Shown: piece by piece, positions 42,903 through 59,441 of the stretch
Numbering within the stretch: the stretch's first letter is position 1
Layout of the letters: every line of letters starts with the position of its first letter
Assembly: GCF_003334355.1 (NCBI RefSeq)
Contig: NZ_QOWP01000007.1
DNA: 64,000 nucleotides
DNA from: Escherichia coli
GTDB lineage: Bacteria > Pseudomonadota > Gammaproteobacteria > Enterobacterales > Enterobacteriaceae
Direction: 5' to 3' (one strand)
The notes under the pieces: generated by a model
Seen by the model: only the letters and a program-made list of their open reading frames with translations
Told to the model about the DNA's origin: nothing
The model's database searches: none
Position numbers and translations under genes: made by a program

Positions 42903-44549
42903 TTATTTCACACAGCGGGTGCATTGTGTGAGTTGTATCTGCTGGAAGAAGTCATTTCCTTTATCATCCACAAGGATAAACGCCGGGAAATCTTCCACTT
43001 CAATTTTCCAGATGGCTTCCATTCCCAGTTCCGGATATTCAACACATTCCAGGCTCTTAATACTTCCCTGCGCCAATACAGCGGCCGGACCACCGATACT
43101 GCCAAGGTAGAAGCCGCCGTGTTTTTTACAGGCATCCGTCACCTGCTGGCTGCGGTTGCCTTTCGCCAGCATGATCATACTTCCGCCCTGCGCTTGCAGT
43201 TGATCGACATAAGAATCCATCCGTCCGGCGGTCGTTGGGCCAAGAGAACCGGAGGCATAACCTTCCGGCGTTTTGGCCGGACCCGCGTAGTAAATCGGAT
43301 GATCTTTGATGTACTGCGGCAGCCCTTCACCGTTATCCATCCGCTCTTTCAGTTTGGCGTGAGCAATATCACGACCGACGATAATCGTGCCGTTAAGCGA
43401 TAAGCGTGTAGAAACGGGATACTGCGACAACTGTGCGAGGATCTCTTTCATCGGACGGTTAAGGTCAACGCGCACCGCTTCGCCTTCTCCCGCTTTGCGC
43501 AGCTCTTCCGGGATATATTTGCCTGGATTATGTTCCAGTTTTTCGATCCAGATCCCCTGACGGTTGATCTTCGCTTTGATATTACGGTCAGCAGAGCAGG
43601 AGACGCCCATACCGACCGGGCAGGATGCGCCGTGACGTGGCAGGCGAATCACGCGGATGTCGTGAGCGAAGTATTTACCACCAAACTGCGCACCCAGACC
43701 AAGATTTTGCGCTTCGATCAGCAATTCTTTTTCCAGTTCCACATCGCGGAACGCCTGACCGTGCTCATTCCCTTCCGTTGGCAGTTCATCATAGTATTTC
43801 GCGGAAGCCAGTTTCACCGTTTTAAGGTTCATTTCTGCAGAAGTTCCACCAATAACGAACGCAATATGATACGGAGGACAGGCCGCCGTACCCAGCGTGC
43901 GCATCTTCTCAACCAGGTAATTTTTCAGTTTCCCCGGCGTCAGTAACGCTTTGGTTTCCTGATAGAGATACGTCTTGTTTGCCGAACCACCACCTTTGGC
44001 GATACAGAGGAATTTGTATTCGTCGCCATCAACGGCATAAAGATCGATCTGCGCTGGCAGATTGGTGCCGGTATTCACTTCTTTATACATATCCAGCGGC
44101 GCGTTTTGCGAGTAGCGCAGATTATCTTCGATATAAGTGTTATAGACACCGCGCGCCAGCGCCGCTTCATCACCACCACCGGTCCATACACGCTGCCCTT
44201 TTTTACCAACAATAATCGCGGTGCCGGTATCCTGACAGGTTGGCAGAACGCCTTTCGCCGCGATGTCGGAGTTACGCAGGAATTGCAGCGCCACATATTT
44301 ATCATTTTCGCTGGCCTCCGGGTCACGCAGAATGTCGGCCACCTGTTGTTGGTGCGCCGGACGCAGCATGAACGACGCATCATGAAACGCCTGGCGCGCC
44401 AACAGAGTTAACGCTTCGGGTGCGACTTTCAAAATCTCCTGCCCTTCAAATTCAGATACGCTAACGTGTTCGCTGGTTAGCAGGTAATACTCAGTATCAT
44501 CTTTTTTGAGTGGAAAAGGAGCCTGATAATGAAAGGGTTTGTTTGACAT
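42903..44549 (-). CDS. fumA: Class I (Fe-S) fumarate hydratase
   Basis: 548 aa [42 protein letters not shown]. Confidence 0.93.
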   Translation of the reverse strand: MSNKPFHYQAPFPLKKDDTEYYLLTSEHVSVSEFEGQEILKVAPEALTLLARQAFHDASFMLRPAHQQQVADILRDPEASENDKYVALQFLRNSDIAAKGVLPTCQDTGTAIIVGKKGQRVWTGGGDEAALARGVYNTYIEDNLRYSQNAPLDMYKEVNTGTNLPAQIDLYAVDGDEYKFLCIAKGGGSANKTYLYQETKALLTPGKLKNYLVEKMRTLGTAACPPYHIAFVIGGTSAEMNLKTVKLASAKYYDELPTEGNEHGQAFRDVELEKELLIEAQNLGLGAQFGGKYFAHDIRVIRLPRHGASCPVGMGVSCSADRNIKAKINRQGIWIEKLEHNPGKYIPEELRKAGEGEAVRVDLNRPMKEILAQLSQYPVSTRLSLNGTIIVGRDIAHAKLKERMDNGEGLPQYIKDHPIYYAGPAKTPEGYASGSLGPTTAGRMDSYVDQLQAQGGSMIMLAKGNRSQQVTDACKKHGGFYLGSIGGPAAVLAQGSIKSLECVEYPELGMEAIWKIEVEDFPAFILVDDKGNDFFQQIQLTQCTRCVK

Positions 44550-44747
44550 TGTTCTCTCACTTACTGCCTGGTTTGGTTATGCTCTGGGCGGGTGTTCCGT
44601 TGCCCTGTTAAAAGCGAGTAACAATATCCTACACACTTTTTTAACAAAAACTGAGACTAGTACGACTTTTTGCGGCTCCAGGTTACTTCCCGTAGGATTC
44701 TTGCTTTAATAGTGGGATTAATTTCCACATTAAAACAGGGATTGATC

Positions 44748-45923
44748 ATGCAAAAACTCATTAACTCAGTGCAAAACTATGCCTGGGGCAGCAAAACGGC
44801 GTTGACTGAACTTTATGGTATGGAAAATCCGTCCAGCCAGCCGATGGCCGAGCTGTGGATGGGCGCACATCCGAAAAGCAGTTCACGAGTGCAGAATGCC
44901 GCCGGAGATATCGTTTCACTGCGTGATGTGATTGAGAGTGATAAATCGACTCTGCTCGGAGAGGCCGTTGCCAAACGCTTTGGCGAACTGCCTTTCCTGT
45001 TCAAAGTATTATGCGCAGCACAGCCACTCTCCATTCAGGTTCATCCAAACAAACACAATTCTGAAATCGGTTTTGCCAAAGAAAATGCCGCAGGTATCCC
45101 GATGGATGCCGCCGAGCGTAACTATAAAGATCCTAACCACAAGCCGGAGCTGGTTTTTGCGCTGACGCCTTTCCTTGCGATGAACGCGTTTCGTGAATTT
45201 TCCGAGATTGTCTCCCTACTCCAGCCGGTCGCAGGTGCACATCCGGCGATTGCTCACTTTTTACAACAGCCTGATGCCGAACGTTTAAGCGAACTGTTCG
45301 CCAGCCTGTTGAATATGCAGGGTGAAGAAAAATCCCGCGCGCTGGCGATTTTAAAATCGGCCCTCGATAGCCAGCAGGGTGAACCGTGGCAAACGATTCG
45401 TTTAATTTCTGAATTTTACCCGGAAGACAGCGGTCTGTTCTCCCCGCTATTGCTGAATGTGGTGAAATTGAACCCTGGCGAAGCGATGTTCCTGTTCGCT
45501 GAAACACCGCACGCTTACCTGCAAGGCGTGGCGCTGGAAGTGATGGCAAACTCCGATAACGTGCTGCGTGCGGGTCTGACGCCTAAATACATTGATATTC
45601 CGGAACTGGTTGCCAATGTGAAATTCGAAGCCAAACCGGCTAACCAGTTGTTGACCCAGCCGGTGAAACAAGGTGCAGAACTGGACTTCCCGATTCCAGT
45701 GGATGATTTTGCCTTCTCGCTGCATGACCTTAGTGATAAAGAAACCACCATTAGCCAGCAGAGTGCCGCCATTTTGTTCTGCGTCGAAGGCGATGCAACG
45801 TTGTGGAAAGGTTCTCAGCAGTTACAGCTTAAACCGGGTGAATCAGCGTTTATTGCCGCCAACGAATCACCGGTGACTGTCAAAGGCCACGGCCGTTTAG
45901 CGCGTGTTTACAACAAGCTGTAA
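44748..45923 (+). CDS. manA: Mannose-6-phosphate isomerase
   Basis: 391 aa MQKLINSVQNYAWGSKTALTELYGMENPS. Confidence 0.93.
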   Translation: MQKLINSVQNYAWGSKTALTELYGMENPSSQPMAELWMGAHPKSSSRVQNAAGDIVSLRDVIESDKSTLLGEAVAKRFGELPFLFKVLCAAQPLSIQVHPNKHNSEIGFAKENAAGIPMDAAERNYKDPNHKPELVFALTPFLAMNAFREFSEIVSLLQPVAGAHPAIAHFLQQPDAERLSELFASLLNMQGEEKSRALAILKSALDSQQGEPWQTIRLISEFYPEDSGLFSPLLLNVVKLNPGEAMFLFAETPHAYLQGVALEVMANSDNVLRAGLTPKYIDIPELVANVKFEAKPANQLLTQPVKQGAELDFPIPVDDFAFSLHDLSDKETTISQQSAAILFCVEGDATLWKGSQQLQLKPGESAFIAANESPVTVKGHGRLARVYNKL

Positions 45924-45981
45924 GAGCTTACTGAAAAAATTAACATCTCTTGCTAAGCTTATTAAAGGCTTATAACACCTT

Positions 45982-46010
45982 CAGGCGGCCAGTCCGCCTG
46001 ATTTCATTTT
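45982..46010 (+). terminator. Rho-independent terminator after manA
   Basis: CAGGCGG-CCAGT-CCGCCTG followed by ATTTCATTTT. Confidence 0.65.
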
Positions 46011-46023
46011 ATGGATAATCATT

Positions 46024-47532
46024 ATGAATAAATCGCTGGTAGCGGTAGGCGTCATTGTTGCGCTAGGCGTAGTCTGGACAGGCGGCGCATGGTATACAGG
46101 CAAGAAGATTGAAACCCATCTCGAAGACATGGTCGCGCAGGCGAACGCGCAACTCAAACTGACAGCTCCTGAATCCAACCTGGAAGTGAGTTATCAAAAC
46201 TATCATCGCGGCGTATTCAGCAGCCAGTTGCAACTGTTGGTGAAACCCATTGCCGGGAAAGAAAATCCGTGGATTAAAAGCGGTCAGAGCGTCATCTTCA
46301 ACGAATCGGTTGATCATGGTCCCTTCCCGCTTGCCCAGCTTAAAAAACTGAACCTGATCCCGTCGATGGCATCAATTCAAACCACGCTGGTTAATAACGA
46401 AGTAAGCAAACCACTGTTTGATATGGCAAAAGGTGAAACGCCTTTTGAGATTAACTCGCGCATTGGTTACAGCGGTGATTCCAGTTCCGATATTTCGCTC
46501 AAGCCACTGAATTACGAGCAAAAGGATGAAAAAGTCGCCTTTAGCGGCGGCGAGTTCCAGTTAAATGCTGACAGAGACGGCAAAGCCATCTCCCTTTCCG
46601 GGGAGGCGCAAAGTGGTCGGATAGACGCAGTTAACGAATACAACCAGAAAGTGCAGTTGACCTTTAATAATCTGAAAACCGACGGTTCCAGCACGCTGGC
46701 AAGTTTTGGTGAGCGTGTAGGAAATCAAAAACTGTCACTGGAAAAAATGACCATTTCAGTGGAAGGCAAAGAACTGGCACTGCTGGAAGGCATGGAGATC
46801 AGCGGTAAATCGGATCTGGTCAATGACGGTAAAACGATCAATAGCCAACTGGATTACTCGCTAAACAGCCTGAAGGTACAGAATCAGGATCTGGGCAGCG
46901 GCAAGCTGACTTTAAAAGTCGGCCAGATTGATGGTGAAGCCTGGCATCAGTTTAGCCAGCAATATAACGCGCAAACTCAGGCGCTGCTGGCACAGCCAGA
47001 AATTGCCAACAACCCCGAACTTTATCAGGAGAAAGTGACGGAAGCCTTCTTTAGCGCCCTGCCGCTGATGCTGAAAGGCGATCCGGTGATTACTATCGCG
47101 CCGCTAAGCTGGAAAAACAGTCAGGGTGAAAGTGCCCTGAATCTGTCGCTGTTCCTGAAAGATCCGGCAACGACTAAAGAAGCGCCGCAAACGCTGGCGC
47201 AGGAAGTAGATCGTTCGGTTAAATCTCTGGATGCGAAACTGACCATTCCGGTGGATATGGCAACTGAGTTTATGACTCAGGTAGCGAAGCTGGAAGGTTA
47301 TCAGGAAGATCAAGCGAAAAAACTGGCGAAACAGCAAGTTGAAGGTGCATCAGCAATGGGGCAGATGTTCCGTCTGACCACCTTGCAGGACAATACCATC
47401 ACCACCAGCCTGCAATATGCTAACGGTCAGATAACGTTAAATGGGCAGAAAATGTCGTTAGAAGATTTTGTTGGCATGTTTGCGATGCCAGCTCTTAACG
47501 TTCCGGCTGTACCGGCAATTCCGCAGCAGTAA
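46024..47532 (+). CDS. ydgA: Periplasmic/membrane-anchored protein YdgA (DUF945)
   Basis: 502 aa MNKSLVAVGVIVALGVVWTGGAWYTGKKIE. Confidence 0.88.
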   Translation: MNKSLVAVGVIVALGVVWTGGAWYTGKKIETHLEDMVAQANAQLKLTAPESNLEVSYQNYHRGVFSSQLQLLVKPIAGKENPWIKSGQSVIFNESVDHGPFPLAQLKKLNLIPSMASIQTTLVNNEVSKPLFDMAKGETPFEINSRIGYSGDSSSDISLKPLNYEQKDEKVAFSGGEFQLNADRDGKAISLSGEAQSGRIDAVNEYNQKVQLTFNNLKTDGSSTLASFGERVGNQKLSLEKMTISVEGKELALLEGMEISGKSDLVNDGKTINSQLDYSLNSLKVQNQDLGSGKLTLKVGQIDGEAWHQFSQQYNAQTQALLAQPEIANNPELYQEKVTEAFFSALPLMLKGDPVITIAPLSWKNSQGESALNLSLFLKDPATTKEAPQTLAQEVDRSVKSLDAKLTIPVDMATEFMTQVAKLEGYQEDQAKKLAKQQVEGASAMGQMFRLTTLQDNTITTSLQYANGQITLNGQKMSLEDFVGMFAMPALNVPAVPAIPQQ

Positions 47533-47541
47533 TTCACGGCC

Positions 47542-47578
47542 AAAACGCCGGAGAATTTTCACTCCGGCGTTTTCATCT
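47542..47578 (+). terminator. Rho-independent terminator after ydgA
   Basis: AAACGCCGGAG-N8-CTCCGGCGTTTT followed by CATCT. Confidence 0.7.
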
Positions 47579-47596
47579 GAAAACAAACCAGAGATT

Positions 47597-47694
47597 GCCT
47601 GATGCGCTACGCTTATCAGGCCTACCTTTTCCTGCAACACTTTGAATTTATGAGTTTTTGTAGGCTGGATAAGGCGTTTACGCCGCATCCGGCA
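47597..47694. repeat. BIME: two REP elements in inverted orientation
   Basis: GCCTGATGCGCTACGCTTATCAGGCCTAC (47597..47625) and GTAGGCTGGATAAGGCGTTTACGCCGCATCCGGCA (47660..47694). Confidence 0.85.
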
Positions 47695-47724
47695 TAAAAA
47701 ACGCGCACTTTGTCAACAATCTGA

Positions 47725-47752
47725 AACGCCGGAGGTTTTTCTCTCCGGCGTT
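47725..47752 (-). terminator. Hairpin AACGCCGGAG-N8-CTCCGGCGTT immediately after uidC stop
   Basis: Same stem sequence as the ydgA terminator; weak T-tract. Confidence 0.45.
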
Positions 47753-47757
47753 ATTTC

Positions 47758-49023
47758 TTACTTCAGCATAAAGTCATATTGAATACTCATTTTCACATCC
47801 CAGTAATTCAGGCGATCGCCCAGCGCACTGCCATCGCGCTTTTCCCGCCCTTTATCGGCAGCAAGAAAGAAATTCATCCCTTGTAACGGCCCTTCGCTGA
47901 CCCGATAGTTCATACCACCTAAGATACCCGCGCCTTCAATCCGCACATCTCGTTTACTGGATTCATAGCCGCGAGTCACAATCGGTGCAAATGTCAGTGT
48001 AAATTGCGGCGTTAAACGATAGTTGACGCCCAATTGCCAGGACTGCATTCCTTCACGGTTACGATCAAGACTTAATGAAAAGGGATAGCCAATGTCGGTA
48101 TCCACCACGGCACCATTCATTGCATGGCGCAAATAACCACCACTGCCAAATACGCTTCCCCACGGCGCATTCCAGGTCAATTGTCCACTAACCAACGCCG
48201 TTTCATTGGGCTGGCTGGTATTACGACTTAAACCTTCGAGCTGCGCGTAAAAGCCGAGCAACTCCCCTTTCAACGTATAATTCGGGTCGAGCGGTATGCT
48301 TTTCTCGAGAATACTTTGTATCTGATTGGAAACATCTTTCTGTACCGATCCCCCCAGAGAATAGCGACTGGTATCATCATGCCAACTGGCGGCTAAAAAA
48401 GAACGTGCGCGATGTTTATCGTATTTTCCCGTCTGGCTGTTATACACCCCTTCATCACGAATACCGGTTGTTGAATCAGTCCATAAAAATACTCGTGAAC
48501 GCCACATTCCCCACAGATCAATATTTGGTGTTAAAGCCCAATAACCTAATGCTCCTTCAGAAACTGTCGGTAATGTACGTTGCGAACTGCCAGCCATTAA
48601 CGGAATACGATAAGGTAAGCTACCATAACTATAATACGTCCCGAAGCGACCTAATTTAAGCAGGCTATTTTCACTGGGTTTTATTTTTACTGCCCCCAGG
48701 GCAAAGCCAAAACTTTTATCACCATCAAGATACCACCGGGTACTCATATCAGCACGAGCACCTAATTTATAAACATAATACGCCCCGCCTTCAACGCCAA
48801 TAATATTGGAATAATAACCACTATTGAAATCGAGCAATCCTCCCTGTACCCATGCGTAAATATCTCTTCCCGCGCCAGCACTGGGCTTATCCGCCCTGCG
48901 CAATTCGTTTTTCAGTCTGATGCGTAGTCCCGCTTCATCGTCAGCCAGTTGCGCCGCATAAGCAGAGGTAAGGCCAGAGGCAGCTGTCAGGCAAATAACG
49001 GCCATGGCCACTATTTTTCTCAT
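47758..49023 (-). CDS. uidC: Outer-membrane glucuronide porin UidC
   Basis: 421 aa with signal peptide MRKIVAMAVICLTAASGLTSAYA. Confidence 0.9.
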   Translation of the reverse strand: MRKIVAMAVICLTAASGLTSAYAAQLADDEAGLRIRLKNELRRADKPSAGAGRDIYAWVQGGLLDFNSGYYSNIIGVEGGAYYVYKLGARADMSTRWYLDGDKSFGFALGAVKIKPSENSLLKLGRFGTYYSYGSLPYRIPLMAGSSQRTLPTVSEGALGYWALTPNIDLWGMWRSRVFLWTDSTTGIRDEGVYNSQTGKYDKHRARSFLAASWHDDTSRYSLGGSVQKDVSNQIQSILEKSIPLDPNYTLKGELLGFYAQLEGLSRNTSQPNETALVSGQLTWNAPWGSVFGSGGYLRHAMNGAVVDTDIGYPFSLSLDRNREGMQSWQLGVNYRLTPQFTLTFAPIVTRGYESSKRDVRIEGAGILGGMNYRVSEGPLQGMNFFLAADKGREKRDGSALGDRLNYWDVKMSIQYDFMLK

Positions 49024-49061
49024 AGTTGCACCTTTGATGTTCTGATTATTTTTATTGAATA

Positions 49062-52294
<3,233 letters not shown>

Positions 52295-52633
52295 TTAACC
52301 AATTCTGTGTTGCACACAGTTATCTGTGAGAAACCCATGGAAGAGAAATGGAAATAAAAAGAACTGACACCGCGATCAAAAAACCAAAAACTGCAATACC
52401 CACAGCGTGATATAGATCGCATTAATCTTTAAAACAGCGTTGACAGAAGCCATAAAATAAGCAACCGAACGTTCGTTCGAGCGTATTGGGAACGATAAAC
52501 TCTCATGACATATGGCTACAGTGAATATTTTGGGGGGAATTCTCCGAAGCCGGGAAGGATAATTTTTGCACAGAGAAATTACGATATGAAACGCGGGCAC
52601 AGTTATCACCAGCCCGCCGAAAAAGAGAGAGAA

Positions 52634-53224
52634 TCAGGATGCGGTTAAGATACCGCCAATCATCGCGCGTAATCCCTGAGCAAACGACGCTTCACGCGCC
52701 AGGTCTTCCGCTTCGATATCGGCCAGTACACCGTAGGTCAGATCCAGCAGTAAACGTGAAGTCATTGCCGTGTTGATGTCTGGGCTTATCTCGCCTTTTT
52801 GCTGGGCATCACGCATCCGCTGGGCAACAAATTCCGTGATCGTCATATGCTTATTTTTAAGCATGGCGGCGACCTGTGGGTTACGCATCCCTTCCGCCAT
52901 AATTTCAACCACCAGCGCCCGTTGTCCAAAGGCTTCATGGGTGAGAGAGACAATGGACTCGACCATATAGTCAACGAAATGAATCCCTTCAATCGGTTCC
53001 CGGAAACGGGCCAGCGCCCTCTCCTGGTCCTGTAAGATAATCGCCTGAATCAAGGCTTCTTTGGAGATGAAATGGTGATAGAGCGTCCCGGGACTAATGG
53101 CGCAAGATTTACAGATGGCTTTCATCGAGGCACTGTGAAATCCATTTTCTGAAAAAATCTCTCTGGCAGCATTGAGGATCCGGGTCCGTGTCGGTTGTGC
53201 TTCAGTCTGCATGTTATCCATCAT
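52634..53224 (-). CDS. uidR: TetR-family repressor of the uid operon
   Basis: 196 aa; N-terminal TetR HTH ILNAAREIFSENGFHSASMKAICKSCAISPGTLYHHF. Confidence 0.9.
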   Translation of the reverse strand: MMDNMQTEAQPTRTRILNAAREIFSENGFHSASMKAICKSCAISPGTLYHHFISKEALIQAIILQDQERALARFREPIEGIHFVDYMVESIVSLTHEAFGQRALVVEIMAEGMRNPQVAAMLKNKHMTITEFVAQRMRDAQQKGEISPDINTAMTSRLLLDLTYGVLADIEAEDLAREASFAQGLRAMIGGILTAS

Positions 53225-53337
53225 TAAACCATTATAGTTAGCGTGAATAACTAGTTTACCGCGTTGTCAGGTGAGCGCCTATCATTGCTGTTGAATAGTG
53301 CGAAGGCACACTCTATTCGTATACTTTTCACTCTGAA

Positions 53338-53351
53338 ATTGGTTAACCAAT
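53338..53351. promoter_or_regulatory. Perfect 14-bp palindrome ATTGGTTAACCAAT upstream of uidR (candidate UidR autoregulatory operator)
   Basis: Exact self-complementary 14-mer about 115 bp upstream of the uidR start. Confidence 0.45.
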
Positions 53352-53400
53352 AGCCGTGATTTGGCTGCCAGTTATTTAGCAGAGACGTTGATGAGTTTAT

Positions 53401-53431
53401 CCCGGTAAACAACACGCACGGTTGTTTACCG
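53401..53431 (-). terminator. Hairpin CCGGTAAACAAC-N7-GTTGTTTACCGG after hdhA
   Basis: Perfect 12-bp stem 14 nt after the hdhA stop; no clear U-tract. Confidence 0.4.
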
Positions 53432-53444
53432 GTCCGTTAGTGTA

Positions 53445-54212
53445 TTAATTGAGCTCCTGTACCCCACCACCGGAGACGGTGAGAATTTGTCCGCTTACCC
53501 AGCTCGCAGCAGGCGAGCAAAGGAACAGCGCTGCGTTAGCAATATCTTGCGGTTGGCCCAGACGTCTGATCGGCGTGTGCTGTAACATTTTTTGTTCAAT
53601 TTCTGGTGTAATAACGGATTTCAGGGCATCGGTTAATATTGCCCCCGGCGCAATGCCATTTACCCGAATATTTTTTTCACCCAGGTCAAACGCCATATTT
53701 CTGACCAGATGACTGGCCGCAGCTTTAGATGATGCATAGGAAGTCATGTTTATATTTTTATTTTCTGCCGCCATAGAAGTGATGGTCAGAATAACGCCAC
53801 CGCCATTTTTTTCCATTTCTGGCGCAACAAGTTGTGACAGATGGAAAAAAGAAAACACATTCAGTTCATAAGCACGGCGAAAATCCGCCATTGGCATATC
53901 AAACGGTTTAGGTCCACCGCCACCGGCGTTGTTAACCAGAATATCAACTTTACCCAGCTTACTGATAGCAAAGTCTGCCAGTGCAGAGAGTTCCTGTTCG
54001 GAAGTAATATCACAACGGCAGGCAAATGCCTGACCACCCAGTTGTTGAATTTCGTCTACAACATGGTTAGCTGCGTCGGCGTTAATATCACTGACCACCA
54101 CAGATGCGCCAGCTGTCGCGAATGTAATGGCGATTTCTTTACCAATACCTGCACCCGCACCTGTGATGATGGCGCATTTTCCGTCGAGTCTCAGGTTGTC
54201 AGAATTAAACAC
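53445..54212 (-). CDS. hdhA: 7-alpha-hydroxysteroid dehydrogenase (SDR family)
   Basis: 255 aa; TGAGAGIG cofactor motif. Confidence 0.92.
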   Translation of the reverse strand: MFNSDNLRLDGKCAIITGAGAGIGKEIAITFATAGASVVVSDINADAANHVVDEIQQLGGQAFACRCDITSEQELSALADFAISKLGKVDILVNNAGGGGPKPFDMPMADFRRAYELNVFSFFHLSQLVAPEMEKNGGGVILTITSMAAENKNINMTSYASSKAAASHLVRNMAFDLGEKNIRVNGIAPGAILTDALKSVITPEIEQKMLQHTPIRRLGQPQDIANAALFLCSPAASWVSGQILTVSGGGVQELN

Positions 54213-54323
54213 ATAAACCTCCTGTGAACTTCAGTAAAAATAAAAGGCACCGCCTGTGTGCCACATTTTTTATCATTAACCTTGAGGAAAGGACACTACC
54301 AGGTATAGCAGATAAAGAGAGGA

Positions 54324-55445
<1,122 letters not shown>

Positions 55446-55446
55446 A

Positions 55447-57119
<1,673 letters not shown>

Positions 57120-57128
57120 GGATAAGAT

Positions 57129-58301
57129 ATGTTCGATTTTTCAAAGGTCGTGGATCGTCATGGCACATGGTGTACACAGTGGGATTATGTCGCTGACCGT
57201 TTCGGCACTGCTGACCTGTTACCGTTCACGATTTCAGACATGGATTTTGCCACTGCCCCCTGCATTATCGAGGCGCTGAATCAGCGCCTGATGCACGGCG
57301 TATTTGGCTACAGCCGCTGGAAAAACGATGAGTTTCTCGCGGCTATTGCCCACTGGTTTTCCACCCAGCATTACACCGCCATCGATTCTCAGACGGTGGT
57401 GTATGGCCCTTCTGTCATCTATATGGTTTCAGAACTGATTCGTCAGTGGTCTGAAACAGGTGAAGGCGTGGTGATCCACACACCCGCCTATGACGCATTT
57501 TACAAGGCCATTGAAGGTAACCAGCGCACAGTAATGCCCGTTGCTTTAGAGAAGCAGGCTGATGGTTGGTTTTGCGATATGGGCAAGTTGGAAGCCGTGT
57601 TGGCGAAACCAGAATGTAAAATTATGCTCCTGTGTAGCCCACAGAATCCTACCGGGAAAGTGTGGACGTGCGATGAGCTGGAGATCATGGCTGACCTGTG
57701 CGAGCGTCATGGTGTGCGGGTTATTTCCGATGAAATCCATATGGATATGGTTTGGGGCGAGCAGCCGCATATTCCCTGGAGTAATGTGGCTCGCGGAGAC
57801 TGGGCGTTGCTAACGTCGGGCTCGAAAAGTTTCAATATTCCCGCCCTGACCGGTGCTTACGGGATTATAGAAAATAGCAGTAGCCGCGATGCCTATTTAT
57901 CGGCACTGAAAGGCCGTGATGGGCTTTCTTCCCCTTCGGTACTGGCGTTAACTGCCCATATCGCCGCCTATCAGCAAGGCGCGCCGTGGCTGGATGCCTT
58001 ACGCATCTATCTGAAAGATAACCTGACGTATATCGCAGATAAAATGAACGCCGCGTTTCCTGAACTCAACTGGCAGATCCCACAATCCACTTATCTGGCA
58101 TGGCTTGATTTACGTCCGTTGAATATTGACGACAACGCGTTGCAAAAAGCACTTATCGAACAAGAAAAAGTCGCGATCATGCCGGGGTATACCTACGGTG
58201 AAGAAGGTCGTGGTTTTGTCCGTCTCAATGCCGGCTGCCCACGTTCGAAACTGGAAAAAGGTGTGGCTGGATTAATTAACGCCATCCGCGCTGTTCGTTA
58301 A
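57129..58301 (+). CDS. malY: PLP-dependent cystathionine beta-lyase / MalT-activity modulator MalY
   Basis: 390 aa MFDFSKVVDRHGTWCTQWDYVADRFG. Confidence 0.92.
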   Translation: MFDFSKVVDRHGTWCTQWDYVADRFGTADLLPFTISDMDFATAPCIIEALNQRLMHGVFGYSRWKNDEFLAAIAHWFSTQHYTAIDSQTVVYGPSVIYMVSELIRQWSETGEGVVIHTPAYDAFYKAIEGNQRTVMPVALEKQADGWFCDMGKLEAVLAKPECKIMLLCSPQNPTGKVWTCDELEIMADLCERHGVRVISDEIHMDMVWGEQPHIPWSNVARGDWALLTSGSKSFNIPALTGAYGIIENSSSRDAYLSALKGRDGLSSPSVLALTAHIAAYQQGAPWLDALRIYLKDNLTYIADKMNAAFPELNWQIPQSTYLAWLDLRPLNIDDNALQKALIEQEKVAIMPGYTYGEEGRGFVRLNAGCPRSKLEKGVAGLINAIRAVR

Positions 58302-58307
58302 CCCCAA

Positions 58308-58346
58308 TTGCGCAACGTAAAAAATCGTTGCGCAATCGTGGATTTT
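58308..58346 (+). terminator. Terminator hairpin after malY
   Basis: TTGCGCAACG-N8-CGTTGCGCAA followed by TCGTGGATTTTT. Confidence 0.55.
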
Positions 58347-58404
58347 TACCCTGCTTTGTTTTTATAATGGTGCGCACTTTTATATCCAGAAAAAGAGTGC
58401 GACC

Positions 58405-59406
58405 ATGATTGATACCACCCTGCCATTAACTGATATCCATCGCCACCTTGATGGCAACATTCGTCCCCAGACCATTCTTGAACTTGGCCGCCAGTATAAT
58501 ATCTCGCTTCCTGCACAATCCCTGGAAACACTGATTCCCCACGTTCAGGTCATTGCCAACGAACCCGATCTGGTGAGCTTTCTGACCAAACTTGACTGGG
58601 GCGTTAAAGTTCTCGCCTCTCTTGATGCCTGTCGCCGCGTGGCATTTGAAAACATTGAAGATGCAGCCCGTCACGGCCTGCACTATGTCGAGCTGCGTTT
58701 TTCACCAGGCTACATGGCAATGGCACATCAGCTGCCTGTAGCGGGTGTTGTCGAAGCGGTGATCGATGGCGTACGTGAAGGTTGCCGCACCTTTGGTGTG
58801 CAGGCGAAGCTTATCGGCATTATGAGCCGGACCTTCGGCGAAGCCGCCTGTCAGCAAGAGCTGGAGGCCTTTTTAGCCCACCGTGACCAGATTACCGCAC
58901 TTGATTTAGCCGGTGATGAACTTGGTTTCCCGGGAAGTCTGTTCCTTTCTCACTTCAACCGCGCGCGTGATGCGGGCTGGCATATTACCGTCCATGCAGG
59001 CGAAGCTGCCGGGCCGGAAAGCATCTGGCAGGCGATTCGTGAACTGGGTGCGGAGCGTATTGGACATGGCGTAAAAGCCATTGAAGATCGGGCGCTGATG
59101 GATTTTCTCGCCGAGCAACAAATTGGTATTGAATCCTGTCTGACCTCCAATATTCAGACCAGCACCGTAGCAGAGCTGGCTGCACATCCGCTGAAAACGT
59201 TCCTTGAGCATGGCATTCGTGCCAGCATTAACACTGACGATCCCGGCGTACAGGGAGTGGATATCATTCACGAATATACCGTTGCCGCGCCAGCTGCTGG
59301 GTTATCCCGCGAGCAAATCCGCCAGGCACAGATTAATGGTCTGGAAATGGCTTTCCTCAGCGCTGAGGAAAAACGCGCACTGCGAGAAAAAGTCGCCGCG
59401 AAGTAA
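58405..59406 (+). CDS. add: Adenosine deaminase
   Basis: 333 aa [33 protein letters not shown]; SINTDDP signature. Confidence 0.95.
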
Positions 59407-59407
59407 C

Positions 59408-59441
59408 AAAATGGATGGTGCAAATGCACCATCCATTTTTC
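59408..59441. terminator. Bidirectional Rho-independent terminator between add and ydgJ
   Basis: AAATGGATGGTGCA-A-TGCACCATCCATTT with T-tracts on both strands. Confidence 0.75.
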
